Shown here in pieces: positions 50,785-60,643 of a stretch of 64,000 nucleotides of DNA. The stretch's first letter is position 1, and each line of letters begins with the position of its first letter. The stretch is taken from the NCBI GenBank assembly GCA_039030475.1, contig JBCCEC010000012.1:2744-66743 (forward strand), read 5' to 3'. The notes below the pieces were generated by a model that was not told the DNA's origin, did no database searches, and saw only the letters and a list, made by a program, of their open reading frames with translations. A program made the position numbers and the translations under genes. This DNA is from Bacteroidota bacterium. Lineage in GTDB: Bacteria; Bacteroidota; Bacteroidia; Flavobacteriales; Flavobacteriaceae.

Positions 50785-53215
50785 GAGTACAGTTTTTTTG
50801 CTGCTATTTTCCATTTTGGTGCAAGCCCAAACGAGTTTTTCCGGTGTAGTAACAGGTATTGACAATCAGCCCATTTCTGGAGCGGAAGTCTACCTTAAGG
50901 AATTGGAATTACTAACAACCACATCGACAACGGGAAATTTTTATTTTGATAACATTTTACAAGGAAGCTACAATTTGGTTGTTTTTGCCTATGGCTACAA
51001 GGTTTATGAGCAGAATATAAATACATCAAGTCAAGATTTGGCTATTTCTCTTGAACCGATAGGGGAGAAACTGTCCGAAGTGGTTTTAACCAAAGAACGG
51101 GAAAAAGTATTTGCGCTGCGAAACCTTAGAAAAGTTGAAGGAACCGCTATATATGCAGGTAAGAAGACAGAGGTAGTGGCAATTGATTTGATCACAGGTA
51201 ATTTAGCATCAAACAATGCACGTCAGATTTACGGTCAAGTCGTAGGACTAAATATATATGATAACGGTGATGCCGGACTGCAGTTAAATATTGGGGGAAG
51301 GGGTTTAGATCCAAATCGTACCGCAAATTTTAATGTACGCCAGAATGGTTACGATATCAGTGCCGATGTCTTAGGGTATCCAGAAAGCTATTATACACCA
51401 CCAGTAGAAGCTTTGAATGAAATACAGGTTGTACGTGGAGCAGCATCTTTACAGTATGGAACACAATTTGGAGGCTTGATCAACTTTAAGTTTAGGCGAC
51501 CCAATCCAAATAAAAAAATAGAACTGATATCTCGACAGACCATCGGATCAAATGGTTTGTTCACTAGTTTTAATAGCTTGAGCGGTACTTCGGGCAAGTT
51601 TAGTTATTATAACTATTTTAATTACAAGCAAGGCGATGGCTTTCGACCAAATTCAAATTTTAATGCTAGAAACTATCACGGTCATTTTGGGTATCAAATA
51701 TCTGAAAAGACAAAACTTACTTTCGAGGCTACTATACTGGACTATTTGGCGCAACAACCGGGAGGATTGACGGATGTGCAGTTCAATGAAGACCCTACCT
51801 TTAGCAACCGAGAACGCAATTGGTTCGATATTGATTGGAAGTTGGGTTCTTTACGTTTGGATCATAGCTTCTCGCCAGCAACAGATTTTAGCCTCAATCT
51901 ATTTGCATTGGATGCGTCGCGGAAAGCCTTAGGATTTAGGGAAAACAGAGTGGATATAATTGACGAGGGGGGCGTTCGAGAATTATTAGTCGATGATTTT
52001 CAGAATTGGGGTGCAGAAGCCCGCTTGCTATCACGTTATAAAATTGGTCAAAAAGATGCGATTTTTTTAATAGGGTCTAAGTATTATCAGGCGTTTAATA
52101 AACAACGCCAGGGAGCTGGCCCTGCGACAACGGCTCCAGATTTCGATTTTGTGGATGAGGAATTCCCTGCATTTCCAAGAAAATCCAGCTATAATTTCCC
52201 CAACTTAAACTTGGCCATTTTTGGAGAGAATATCATTAATTTGAGTGACCGTTTTTCAATCACACCTGGCTTTCGTTTTGAGTATATAAAAACATCTGCT
52301 ACTGGTAATTTTACCGCGATATTTACCGATTTGGCCGGTAATGTTTTAGAAACCCGTATAACCGAGGAAGATCGTGACTTAGAGCGTTCTTTTGTGTTGT
52401 TGGGACTAGGTGCCTCCTATAAACTTAATAAGAGTGTTGAATTTTATGGAAACATATCTCAAAACTATCGTTCTGTGACTTTTAATGATTTAAGGGTAAT
52501 AAATCCATCACAAATCATCAGTGAAGATTTAGAGGATGAAGAGGGCTTTACAGCAGATATTGGTGCAAGAGGTAGGTTTAAGGAATTTTTTTCCTATGAT
52601 ATTAGTAGTTTTTTATTGTATTATGATAATCGAATTTCTAGGACAATTCCATTTGTTGATGATCAAAATAGAGTTAAGAACCTAACGGATAATGCTGGTA
52701 CGGCTGTCATTTATGGCTTGGAACTTCTTGGCGATTGGAATGTAAAAGAAACATTGTTGGATGTTTCGCAAGATATAAAGCTTAACCTATTTGGAAATCT
52801 TGCCTTGACTTCTTCTGAATATATAGAACAAGCAGAGGGAATCAACAATGTAGAAGGGAAAAAGGTTGAACATATACCAGAAATAAACTTTCGTTCTGGA
52901 GTGCGATTTGGCTATAAAGATTTTCTTGGTTCTTTACAGTACACCTATTTATCAAGACAATTTAATGATCCGCAAAATTCGCCGCCTCTTACCGAATCAA
53001 CTGCACCTAGTGCTGGTATTATTGGTGAATTACCAGCTTATGGCATTATGGATTTATCTTTTTCATACGCTTATAAACAGTTCAGGTTAGAAGCAGGTAT
53101 CAACAACCTTTTTAACGAATCTTACTTTACAAGAAGAGCGACAGGATACCCTGGACCCGGAATTATTCCAGCAGAACCAAGGACATTTTATACAACGCTT
53201 CAGATTAAATTGTAA
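50765..53215 (+). CDS. TonB-dependent receptor (FecA-like) with N-terminal extension
   Basis: Signal peptide; plug motifs IGGRGL, EIQVVRGAASLQYG; C-terminal YTTLQIKL; start placed at MRSKVF. Confidence 0.93.
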   Translation: MRSKVFKSTVFLLLFSILVQAQTSFSGVVTGIDNQPISGAEVYLKELELLTTTSTTGNFYFDNILQGSYNLVVFAYGYKVYEQNINTSSQDLAISLEPIGEKLSEVVLTKEREKVFALRNLRKVEGTAIYAGKKTEVVAIDLITGNLASNNARQIYGQVVGLNIYDNGDAGLQLNIGGRGLDPNRTANFNVRQNGYDISADVLGYPESYYTPPVEALNEIQVVRGAASLQYGTQFGGLINFKFRRPNPNKKIELISRQTIGSNGLFTSFNSLSGTSGKFSYYNYFNYKQGDGFRPNSNFNARNYHGHFGYQISEKTKLTFEATILDYLAQQPGGLTDVQFNEDPTFSNRERNWFDIDWKLGSLRLDHSFSPATDFSLNLFALDASRKALGFRENRVDIIDEGGVRELLVDDFQNWGAEARLLSRYKIGQKDAIFLIGSKYYQAFNKQRQGAGPATTAPDFDFVDEEFPAFPRKSSYNFPNLNLAIFGENIINLSDRFSITPGFRFEYIKTSATGNFTAIFTDLAGNVLETRITEEDRDLERSFVLLGLGASYKLNKSVEFYGNISQNYRSVTFNDLRVINPSQIISEDLEDEEGFTADIGARGRFKEFFSYDISSFLLYYDNRISRTIPFVDDQNRVKNLTDNAGTAVIYGLELLGDWNVKETLLDVSQDIKLNLFGNLALTSSEYIEQAEGINNVEGKKVEHIPEINFRSGVRFGYKDFLGSLQYTYLSRQFNDPQNSPPLTESTAPSAGIIGELPAYGIMDLSFSYAYKQFRLEAGINNLFNESYFTRRATGYPGPGIIPAEPRTFYTTLQIKL

Positions 53216-53222
53216 AGCAAAA

Positions 53223-53251
53223 GAAAGCGGCTGAATCCAATAGCCGCTTTC
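53223..53251. terminator. Terminator between convergent TBDR and DUF6686 genes
   Basis: GAAAGCGGCT / AGCCGCTTTC. Confidence 0.8.
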
Positions 53252-53283
53252 CAAACCTACTAACTCCTGAGAACACTTAGGAA

Positions 53284-53634
53284 TTAGTTTTCTATAAACT
53301 GATAATTAATGTCTTTGTGCTTCAGTAGCCTAATCTGCGCTAGCTCAATATGCAACAAATTTTTAATTTCTTCCAATTCTTGTTTGTTTACAAGTATGGT
53401 AAAATACTTATTTCCTACTGAAATTGGTATTTTTCGTTGATTTAGGGATTGAATATGATTTTTTTCCCAGTACGTTACATTCAACCGGAAAATGTATTTT
53501 CTAAAATTTTCAAGTTCCCATTCATAGAATTCAAAACATAGATTGCTGAAGACCAACTGGAAAAGTTTGTTATGATTGCAAAAAGTAAACAATCCATTTT
53601 TAGTTTGGCTTAAAACTTCTATAGATTGGCACAT
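53284..53634 (-). CDS. DUF6686-like protein
   Basis: 116 aa; FQLVFSNLCFEF, ELEEIKNLL pattern. Confidence 0.65.
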   Translation of the reverse strand: MCQSIEVLSQTKNGLFTFCNHNKLFQLVFSNLCFEFYEWELENFRKYIFRLNVTYWEKNHIQSLNQRKIPISVGNKYFTILVNKQELEEIKNLLHIELAQIRLLKHKDINYQFIEN

Positions 53635-53665
53635 AATATTGCGTATTTGGATGTAAATATATCAA

Positions 53666-53688
53666 TTATTTATAATGGGTCTAAATAA
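53666..53688. promoter_or_regulatory. Putative Fur box 3
   Basis: TTATTTA-taatgggtc-TAAATAA, same 7-9-7 geometry, 32 nt upstream of the DUF6686-like start. Confidence 0.65.
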
Positions 53689-53764
53689 AAACCTGATGTA
53701 TTTTTCAAATATCCTATTTGGATTAAAATATGGTATCTTTGCACGCAATTAATTCGTAATTGCA

Positions 53765-55237
53765 ATGGAAGCCCACCTAAATAAGATTATCGGCGAAGGT
53801 CTAACGTACGACGATGTACTGCTTGTACCTGGATATTCTGAAGTACTGCCAAGAGAAGTCAACATTCAAACAAAGTTTACCAGAAACATTACCATTAACG
53901 TACCCATTGTCTCCGCTGCAATGGATACTGTGACCGAGTCGCAAATGGCAATTGCCATGGCCCAAGAGGGTGGAATAGGCGTCTTGCATAAAAATATGAC
54001 CATTGAACAGCAGGCGATTAAGGTAAGGAAGGTAAAGAGAGCCGAAAGTGGAATGATCATTGATCCTGTTACACTTCCGTTAGATTCTGTTGTTCGAGAT
54101 GCAAAGGCCAATATGAAAGAGCATAGTATTGGCGGAATCCCTATAGTTGATGAAGATAAAAAGTTGATAGGCATCGTTACCAACAGGGATTTACGATTTG
54201 AAAAGAACGACGATAGGCCCATTGCCGAAGTAATGACTTCAGAAAATTTGGTGACTGTAGGGGAGGGCACATCACTTTCCGATGCTGAAGTAATTTTGCA
54301 AGAAAACAAAATTGAGAAACTTCCGGTAGTCAATGATCAGTATGTACTCGTAGGACTCATAACGTTTAGGGATATTACCAAATTGACCCAAAAACCTATG
54401 GCAAACAAAGACCAATATGGTCGTTTGCGTGTAGCTGCGGCGATTGGGGTGACTCCAGATGCAGTTAATAGGGCAGGGGCATTGGTGAACTCGGGAGTTG
54501 ATGCTATAGTTATTGATACCGCACACGGCCATACCAAAGGTGTGGTTAATATTCTGAAAGAAGTAAAAAAATCTTTCCCTGAGTTGGAAGTAATCGTAGG
54601 AAATATTGCTACTGGCGAAGCCGCCAAATATTTGGTCGAAGCTGGAGCGGATGCGGTCAAAGTTGGTATTGGCCCTGGCTCTATTTGTACGACCAGGGTG
54701 GTTGCCGGTGTGGGATTTCCACAATTTTCTGCAGTATTGGAAGTTGCAGCTGCGATAAAAGGTTCCGGTGTTCCTGTAATTGCCGATGGCGGTATACGCT
54801 ATACAGGGGATATTCCAAAAGCTATTGCCGCAGGTGCGGATACGGTCATGTTGGGCTCATTACTGGCAGGTACAAAAGAATCTCCCGGGGAAACAATCAT
54901 CTACGAAGGGCGTAAGTTCAAGTCGTATCGTGGTATGGGTTCTGTGGAGGCTATGAAAGAAGGTAGTAAAGACCGTTATTTCCAAGATGTGGAAGATGAC
55001 ATCAAAAAATTGGTTCCTGAAGGTATCGTTGGACGTGTACCCTATAAAGGAGATCTCTACGAAAGCATGCACCAATTTATTGGCGGGTTACGTGCCGGAA
55101 TGGGCTATTGTGGTGCCAAGGATATCGAAACGCTTAAAGATTCAGGACGTTTTGTGAAAATTACGTTTAGCGGTATCAACGAGAGCCATCCGCATGATGT
55201 AACCATAACTAAAGAGAGTCCTAATTATAGTAGATAG
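53765..55237 (+). CDS. guaB: IMP dehydrogenase
   Basis: [12 protein letters not shown] pair, [17 protein letters not shown]. Confidence 0.98.
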   Translation: MEAHLNKIIGEGLTYDDVLLVPGYSEVLPREVNIQTKFTRNITINVPIVSAAMDTVTESQMAIAMAQEGGIGVLHKNMTIEQQAIKVRKVKRAESGMIIDPVTLPLDSVVRDAKANMKEHSIGGIPIVDEDKKLIGIVTNRDLRFEKNDDRPIAEVMTSENLVTVGEGTSLSDAEVILQENKIEKLPVVNDQYVLVGLITFRDITKLTQKPMANKDQYGRLRVAAAIGVTPDAVNRAGALVNSGVDAIVIDTAHGHTKGVVNILKEVKKSFPELEVIVGNIATGEAAKYLVEAGADAVKVGIGPGSICTTRVVAGVGFPQFSAVLEVAAAIKGSGVPVIADGGIRYTGDIPKAIAAGADTVMLGSLLAGTKESPGETIIYEGRKFKSYRGMGSVEAMKEGSKDRYFQDVEDDIKKLVPEGIVGRVPYKGDLYESMHQFIGGLRAGMGYCGAKDIETLKDSGRFVKITFSGINESHPHDVTITKESPNYSR

Positions 55238-55323
55238 TCGACGGATATTTGGCTATTGGTCAATGTTGATTTTTGGTTGACGTAATCAATTCACTTTGTT
55301 TGCTTATCTTTTGGGAATTAAAG

Positions 55324-56454
55324 ATGAGTTTAGCCAACCCAGTTTATGTATTGACCGTTTTATGCCTCATGGTGATCTTATCATTTTATGCAGGTAAGAC
55401 CAAATGGGGCAAACCTTTTGGTGCAGCGTTATTGGTTATTGTTTTTACTGCAATCCTTGCTAATCTAAAGCTTATTCCCTCAGCCTCGAATTCCATTCCA
55501 TTGTACAAGGCCATATTTAGCTATTTGGCTCCTATTTCAATATTTTATTTGCTTTTGGGAGCTAATTTAACGGCTATAAAGAAAGCAGGAACACCAATGA
55601 TAGTTCTGTTTTTGATTGGTTCATTGGCCACGGTGCTTGGAATTATTTGTTCATGGTATTTAATTTCGCCTCAAGCTATTTTGGGAGATGATGGAAAAGT
55701 ATTGGCGGGAATGCTCACCGGAACGTATACTGGCGGTAGCATAAATTTTAATGCAGTTGCTTTGGCGTATAATTTTCAAGAAAAAGGGAGTTTATATGCA
55801 GGTACTATTGCTGTTGATAATGTGGTCACTGCTATTTGGGTGGTAGTGACAATAGCCATACCTGTAGTACTTCGACGTTTTTTTAAGGACAAAAAAATAG
55901 GAAGTCCTAATTCCACCAAGGATGAAACTGTTTCGGATGCGTTGGATTTGTATGCTTTGGGGATCCTTTTGGTTTTAGGTTTAACGGCATTCCTAGTATC
56001 CGAACTTATTGCCGATTTATTTCCTAAGATACCCTCTATTATTACCATTTCCACAATAGGAATCGTACTGGCCCAGTTTCCATTTATTACCAAGCTTAAG
56101 GGGAGTCGAACCCTAGGGTTATATTTAGTTTACTTATTTCTAGCGGTTATTGGTGCTTACTGTGAAATTGGAGCCGTTGTAGCACTTAAGGAAATAGGGT
56201 TTACCTTATTTGGATTTACCTTATTGGCTGTGGTAATTCATGGATTGCTAATTATCCTTTTAGGGTCTTTGGTATTCAAGGACTGGGATATGATTGCAAT
56301 AGCGAGTCAGGCTAATGTGGGTGGAAGTACATCTGCTATTGCCTTAGCTGAATCTTTTAATCGTAAAGAACTTATTTTACCTGCAATATTGGTAGGCACA
56401 TTGGGAAATGCTCTAGGAACTTATTTAGGCTTTATGGTCGTGACACTATTATAG
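55324..56454 (+). CDS. DUF819 family membrane protein
   Basis: About 11 TM segments; GTYTGGSINF, ASQANVGG, GTLGNALGTYLG. Confidence 0.88.
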   Translation: MSLANPVYVLTVLCLMVILSFYAGKTKWGKPFGAALLVIVFTAILANLKLIPSASNSIPLYKAIFSYLAPISIFYLLLGANLTAIKKAGTPMIVLFLIGSLATVLGIICSWYLISPQAILGDDGKVLAGMLTGTYTGGSINFNAVALAYNFQEKGSLYAGTIAVDNVVTAIWVVVTIAIPVVLRRFFKDKKIGSPNSTKDETVSDALDLYALGILLVLGLTAFLVSELIADLFPKIPSIITISTIGIVLAQFPFITKLKGSRTLGLYLVYLFLAVIGAYCEIGAVVALKEIGFTLFGFTLLAVVIHGLLIILLGSLVFKDWDMIAIASQANVGGSTSAIALAESFNRKELILPAILVGTLGNALGTYLGFMVVTLL

Positions 56455-56467
56455 AATCGTCAGACTT

Positions 56468-56992
56468 TTATTTTCCAGCGTATGTCTGCCAATCCTGGTC
56501 TTTATAGATATTGTCACCGAAGTAACGAGCAATTTGCATAAAAGGCTTTACCTTTTGATAACCCGGTACAGGGGAAAGCATTTTTAGATTTTCGTCCAAA
56601 AACACAACCGTAGGATAACTCATTTTACCTTGTAAAAGTGCAGCGGCGAACTCATGATAGCCTCTTCTTCCAGAAGCTACATATTTAAAGGATTTACCCT
56701 CGTATTCAATAGGGTCTTTACCTTCCGCATCTAATTTAACCATATAAAAATTGTCCTGCATATAGGCGGCAACTTCCGGATTTTGGAATGTATCCTTATC
56801 CATTTTCTTGCACCAGCCACACCAGTCCGTGTAAACATCTACGAAAATTTTCTTTGTATTCCCTTCGTTTTTGGTGAGTGCTACTGCCTCATCCCAAGAT
56901 ACCCATTGTACATCTTGTGCTTGGGATTGGAATCCTGTTAAAAGAAAAAAAAGTAAGCCAATTTGTGTGAAGTAGGTAAAAATCGAGCGCAT
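56468..56992 (-). CDS. Exported thioredoxin-like protein (DUF255-like)
   Basis: TDWCGWCKKM, SYPTVVF. Confidence 0.9.
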   Translation of the reverse strand: MRSIFTYFTQIGLLFFLLTGFQSQAQDVQWVSWDEAVALTKNEGNTKKIFVDVYTDWCGWCKKMDKDTFQNPEVAAYMQDNFYMVKLDAEGKDPIEYEGKSFKYVASGRRGYHEFAAALLQGKMSYPTVVFLDENLKMLSPVPGYQKVKPFMQIARYFGDNIYKDQDWQTYAGK

Positions 56993-57073
56993 TGTTCTTT
57001 ATTTTTTTTGAGGTTTAGTCCATGGACCAGTACAAAACTAACGAAAATTGTGCCAAAATAGTATTGTACTGCG

Positions 57074-57113
57074 TAATGCCAACAATCAGGTTAAGTTGAT
57101 ATAGCGTTGGTTA
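57074..57113 (-). repeat. Truncated attC-like element E (possible array boundary)
   Basis: Minus strand: ACCAAC-gctatatcaaCTTAACCtgatt-GTTGGCA; CTTAACC shared with element B. Confidence 0.35.
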
Positions 57114-57170
57114 TCCGGGAATTAGGTTAAGAATAACACTAATGATTTCAACTTTTTGGACCAATTTGAT

Positions 57171-57602
57171 TTAATCCTCTTCATTTTTGGTAATGATCAG
57201 TTCTATTGATGCTGATGAATTTTTGTAGGTATCAGATAGGATTCGGATTTTATAATTCTCAAAGGGAATAGTAAAATTAGCTTTGTTTTTAATTTCGGAA
57301 CTATAAAAACGGATACTTTTTTCGATATCCTTTACTGCCATTTTTAAAGTATATGCTACATTGGAAAAATAATTACGATTCTCATCTTCAGGAGGTGCAT
57401 CATACCCCCATTCTTCAACAATATCTGTTAGTTTAATGGTTATACGTTCATCTGGATTTCCAATGATCAAACTTTCAGCACTGGATACGGTAAGGACTTG
57501 TCCAAATTGCATTTTTCGTTTTTTCGTTTTTTCTTGCGCGATTAAATTTCCGTAAATAGTAGATATTGCAATCAATAATAATATTATCGTGTTTTTTTTC
57601 AT
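57171..57602 (-). CDS. Hypothetical secreted protein
   Basis: 143 aa with signal peptide; 4-nt overlap with the paiB remnant. Confidence 0.7.
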   Translation of the reverse strand: MKKNTIILLLIAISTIYGNLIAQEKTKKRKMQFGQVLTVSSAESLIIGNPDERITIKLTDIVEEWGYDAPPEDENRNYFSNVAYTLKMAVKDIEKSIRFYSSEIKNKANFTIPFENYKIRILSDTYKNSSASIELIITKNEED

Positions 57603-58243
57603 AATTCATCTTTTGCAAATAGTGCTTTCTTTCTTTTTTCCATCTCTTCTGCAATGACAAACCCACTTTCGTCTTGTTGCTTCAGTTTCTTGATAATATT
57701 TTGATAGCTCTCCTCATCGCGGTCTTGACTTAGTTTGAATACCGTGTCCATTTCCTTTATTTCAATCTCAAAACCTACAATTAATTTAAGCGCTTTTTGT
57801 TTGAACTTGCTAGGCAAATTATCAAAAACAGTTGTTGACTTTTCATTTTGTTTTTCGAAATGAATTGATGTGATTCTAAGTATTTCTTCCAATTCTAGTT
57901 CATCAACAAACTTTATTGTTCCTTTCACGTGCACACTCATGTAATTTCAAGTGGAGGGTGTATTTGGGTTGCTGTACCATGTGCCACTTATATAGGTATG
58001 CTTTCCAGTAAAAACTACAAGTACATTTGCATTATGCAAGAATGATTTGTGGTGGTCGGTATTCTTCATAATGTGGCCGCGAAGAACCTCTCTTCCTTCT
58101 TTAACTTCAATAAAAACTGGGATCTGGGTGGCAATAGGTTTGTTCTCTAAATCACATCCTGTTATAAAAGCAAAAGGATTGTTCGCGACAAACTCTCTAA
58201 TGATCAGTTCATTGTTTTCTTTATGGTACGGAAGATTATACAT
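57599..58243 (-). pseudogene. paiB: PaiB-like FMN-binding negative regulator split by an in-frame TGA
   Basis: Reads HTYISGTWY..PST*NYMSVHVKG; TGA at 57947-57949 where the family has Trp (PTWNY). Confidence 0.85.
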
Positions 58244-58318
58244 GAGTTTAGTTTATTGTCTTGTTCCCACTCTTTACGGCTTAATTCAAAAAGTATTTTT
58301 TTAACTTCTTGTTTTCTG

Positions 58319-58442
58319 AACAGTTTTGAATAAGCGCAATAGCGGATAAAATGCTACCACTTTTCAGATTACAATATACTTAAATAACAACAACGGTTCG
58401 AGTCTAAACCCAAACCGCTATTGTTTTTATGTTTTATGTAAT
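58319..58442. repeat. Degenerate attC-like element D
   Basis: AAC-agttttgaataagcg-CAATAGCGG (58337-58345) ... CCGCTATTG (58415-58423). Confidence 0.5.
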
Positions 58443-58504
58443 CAGAATTAAATTTTACTTTCCTTCAAGTCTGTCGTTTTGTACTTTGTTGGCTTGAGCT
58501 AGTA

Positions 58505-59575
58505 TTATTCCAGTTTTGCCATTAATCCCCAGCCGTTGGCTTTATCTATAATGACACAGTGTATTTTGTTTTCTCCTTTTTTAAGCGGCAGGTATAATTT
58601 GTTGGTATTAATGGCCATATGCCCCATATATTGTATTCCCTTCGTTCTAAAAGCATTATTGCCTTTAAAAATAAGTTCACCATTCAGGTAGAGCATTATT
58701 TTGTCACTATAATCAAATGAAAAAATTCTAGTTTCGTTACTATCCGCTTTTATCGTAGTGGATGCTATGGTGTAGTCTTCTTTGTTTCTCTCAAAGGCTC
58801 CAGAAGAAGTTTTCTTAAGATATTTAGAAATAGGTAAGAGGCCAGATTTTTCCGTTGTGACAATCTGGTACTTTTCTTTTAAGAAATCATTGAATTGGAG
58901 ATTCCCTTCGTATGGTATGGCTTTGGTAATTTCCCATTGCCTTATTATTGCAGGGTCAATAGTATCGGTCTTATCGGTTTGGACATCATCTAACACATCA
59001 CTGGATGTAAATCTGAAATTTGAAAACCTATTCTTGAATAAGGAGAAAAGACCAATTTCCCCATAGCTATGGTCTGTTCTAAGGTCATCGATAGTCATGA
59101 CCTTTTCATCATTAACAAAAACCTCGGTCTTTTTATTGGCAACTTCTACACGTAGCGTATTCCAACCTGTATTTTTAAACGAAACCTTTGCTTGGTATTC
59201 TCTATACAGTTGCCAATTCGACTCATTATTAAAGATGGGCGTATACTGAACAGCATCTACTTGGTTGGATTTATGCAATCTCATATATACTTCTTCCATG
59301 GTGTCGTCTTGCTTTCTAAAGGTAATGCCTGCAAAACTTCTGATGGAGTTGGCGTACACATCTACCTCGATAGTCCCGTTTGCGAAAGTTTGATTTTTAA
59401 CGGTGGCTCTTCCACCATTTAAAATTAGCGTTTCCCTGTTGTCAAATCTTTCGAACGAAGCTTCTTTTGGAATATCCCAATTAGAAGTGATCATATCGAT
59501 TTTTGTAGTAGAATTTTGACCGATGGCCAGTTGAAAACTTAATACTATGATGAATGGGCAAAGAAGTTTTTGCAT
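58505..59575 (-). CDS. Secreted DUF1080-like protein with C-terminal beta domain
   Basis: Signal peptide; FANGTIEVDV, WNTLRVEV, GEIGLF. Confidence 0.7.
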   Translation of the reverse strand: MQKLLCPFIIVLSFQLAIGQNSTTKIDMITSNWDIPKEASFERFDNRETLILNGGRATVKNQTFANGTIEVDVYANSIRSFAGITFRKQDDTMEEVYMRLHKSNQVDAVQYTPIFNNESNWQLYREYQAKVSFKNTGWNTLRVEVANKKTEVFVNDEKVMTIDDLRTDHSYGEIGLFSLFKNRFSNFRFTSSDVLDDVQTDKTDTIDPAIIRQWEITKAIPYEGNLQFNDFLKEKYQIVTTEKSGLLPISKYLKKTSSGAFERNKEDYTIASTTIKADSNETRIFSFDYSDKIMLYLNGELIFKGNNAFRTKGIQYMGHMAINTNKLYLPLKKGENKIHCVIIDKANGWGLMAKLE

Positions 59576-59632
59576 GACTTTTTATTTACAAATTTCCGTT
59601 TGTTTATCTTCTTTTGGCTTATCAGTTGATTG

Positions 59633-60502
59633 CTAATTTCTATCATTTTGGTAATTATCCTTATAGGTGGAAGGGCTAACTCCCGCCATTTTTCTAAAAA
59701 ATCGGGTCAAATTGTTAGGTTCGCTAAATTTTAAGGAATGTGCTATTTCGGCAATTGTTTTATCCGAATAGCGAAGTTCTGTTTTTACCTCTTGCAATAG
59801 TCTATTATTTATTACTTCTTTTGATGTATGCCCGGTATGTTCTTTTACCATAGCATTCATTTGATGACGTGTTATATGCAATAGATTACAATAGTCCGCA
59901 ACAGAATGTAATGTGCGAATGTTCAGTTCAAGCAGTTCTTTAAATTTATAAATTATTGAATTTGATTGGGTTTCGGGCGAAATGTTATAACATTTTGAAT
60001 ACAAACGATTTAACTTTGACAACGAGAAGTATAAAAGCGAACGTAATATATGAGGGCTATCATTTTGATAATTCTTTATCTCAGCGATGATTTCATTTAA
60101 AACGAATCGTATAACATCGTAATCTTCACTGATCAACTGTAAATATTGAGGGTATTGGTAATTGTAAAAGTACTGTAACCGATAAGCGAACAATTTATCA
60201 TCAAAAAAGTCCGCTAAAAAATCATTCTGAAAAACAAGATGAAAACCTTTGACTCCAGAAAGCGAAATTTTACAACTTTTCTTTTGGAAAGGGCAGATGA
60301 AAAAAAGACTATTTTCTGCAACCTCCAACACATGTCCGTTCAATTCAATCGTTCCACTGGCTTTTTCAAAAACCATGATTTCAAAAAAATTGGTTGTGTG
60401 AGGTGCAGGGTCGAAAAAAACGTTTGGGTTTCCTTCAAACTTGTGCAGATCCATCAGTAATTCGAATCCGTACTTTCTTTTTTCAAAAATAAATGTTCGC
60501 AA
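59633..60502 (-). CDS. AraC family regulator
   Basis: TIAEIAHSLKFSEPNNLTRFFRKMAGVSPS; TTG start. Confidence 0.92.
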   Translation of the reverse strand: MRTFIFEKRKYGFELLMDLHKFEGNPNVFFDPAPHTTNFFEIMVFEKASGTIELNGHVLEVAENSLFFICPFQKKSCKISLSGVKGFHLVFQNDFLADFFDDKLFAYRLQYFYNYQYPQYLQLISEDYDVIRFVLNEIIAEIKNYQNDSPHILRSLLYFSLSKLNRLYSKCYNISPETQSNSIIYKFKELLELNIRTLHSVADYCNLLHITRHQMNAMVKEHTGHTSKEVINNRLLQEVKTELRYSDKTIAEIAHSLKFSEPNNLTRFFRKMAGVSPSTYKDNYQNDRN

Positions 60503-60531
60503 ATTGTAATTTTATTTTATTGTGATTTTTC

Positions 60532-60612
60532 AATGTTCTACAATGTGCGGGCAGCGGAACATAGACTTGAATGGTATCGTATATACAGCGTGGCGGGCTT
60601 TTGCAGAACATT
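60532..60612. repeat. Degenerate element C: one attC-like arm plus rearranged copy of the 62454-62512 hairpin element
   Basis: 60551-60573 matches 62490-62512 at 20/23; flanked by AATGTTCTACA / TGCAGAACATT inverted repeats. Confidence 0.6.
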
Positions 60613-60643
60613 TTGGTATAATTCTTTCATAAATTTTTTAATA

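Noticed and set aside
58394-58405. GGTTCGAGTC and GTTCGAGTCC (also 62502-62512, minus strand) resemble a tRNA T-loop
   Set aside because: No acceptor stem, D-arm or anticodon arm; the words sit inside the palindromic elements.
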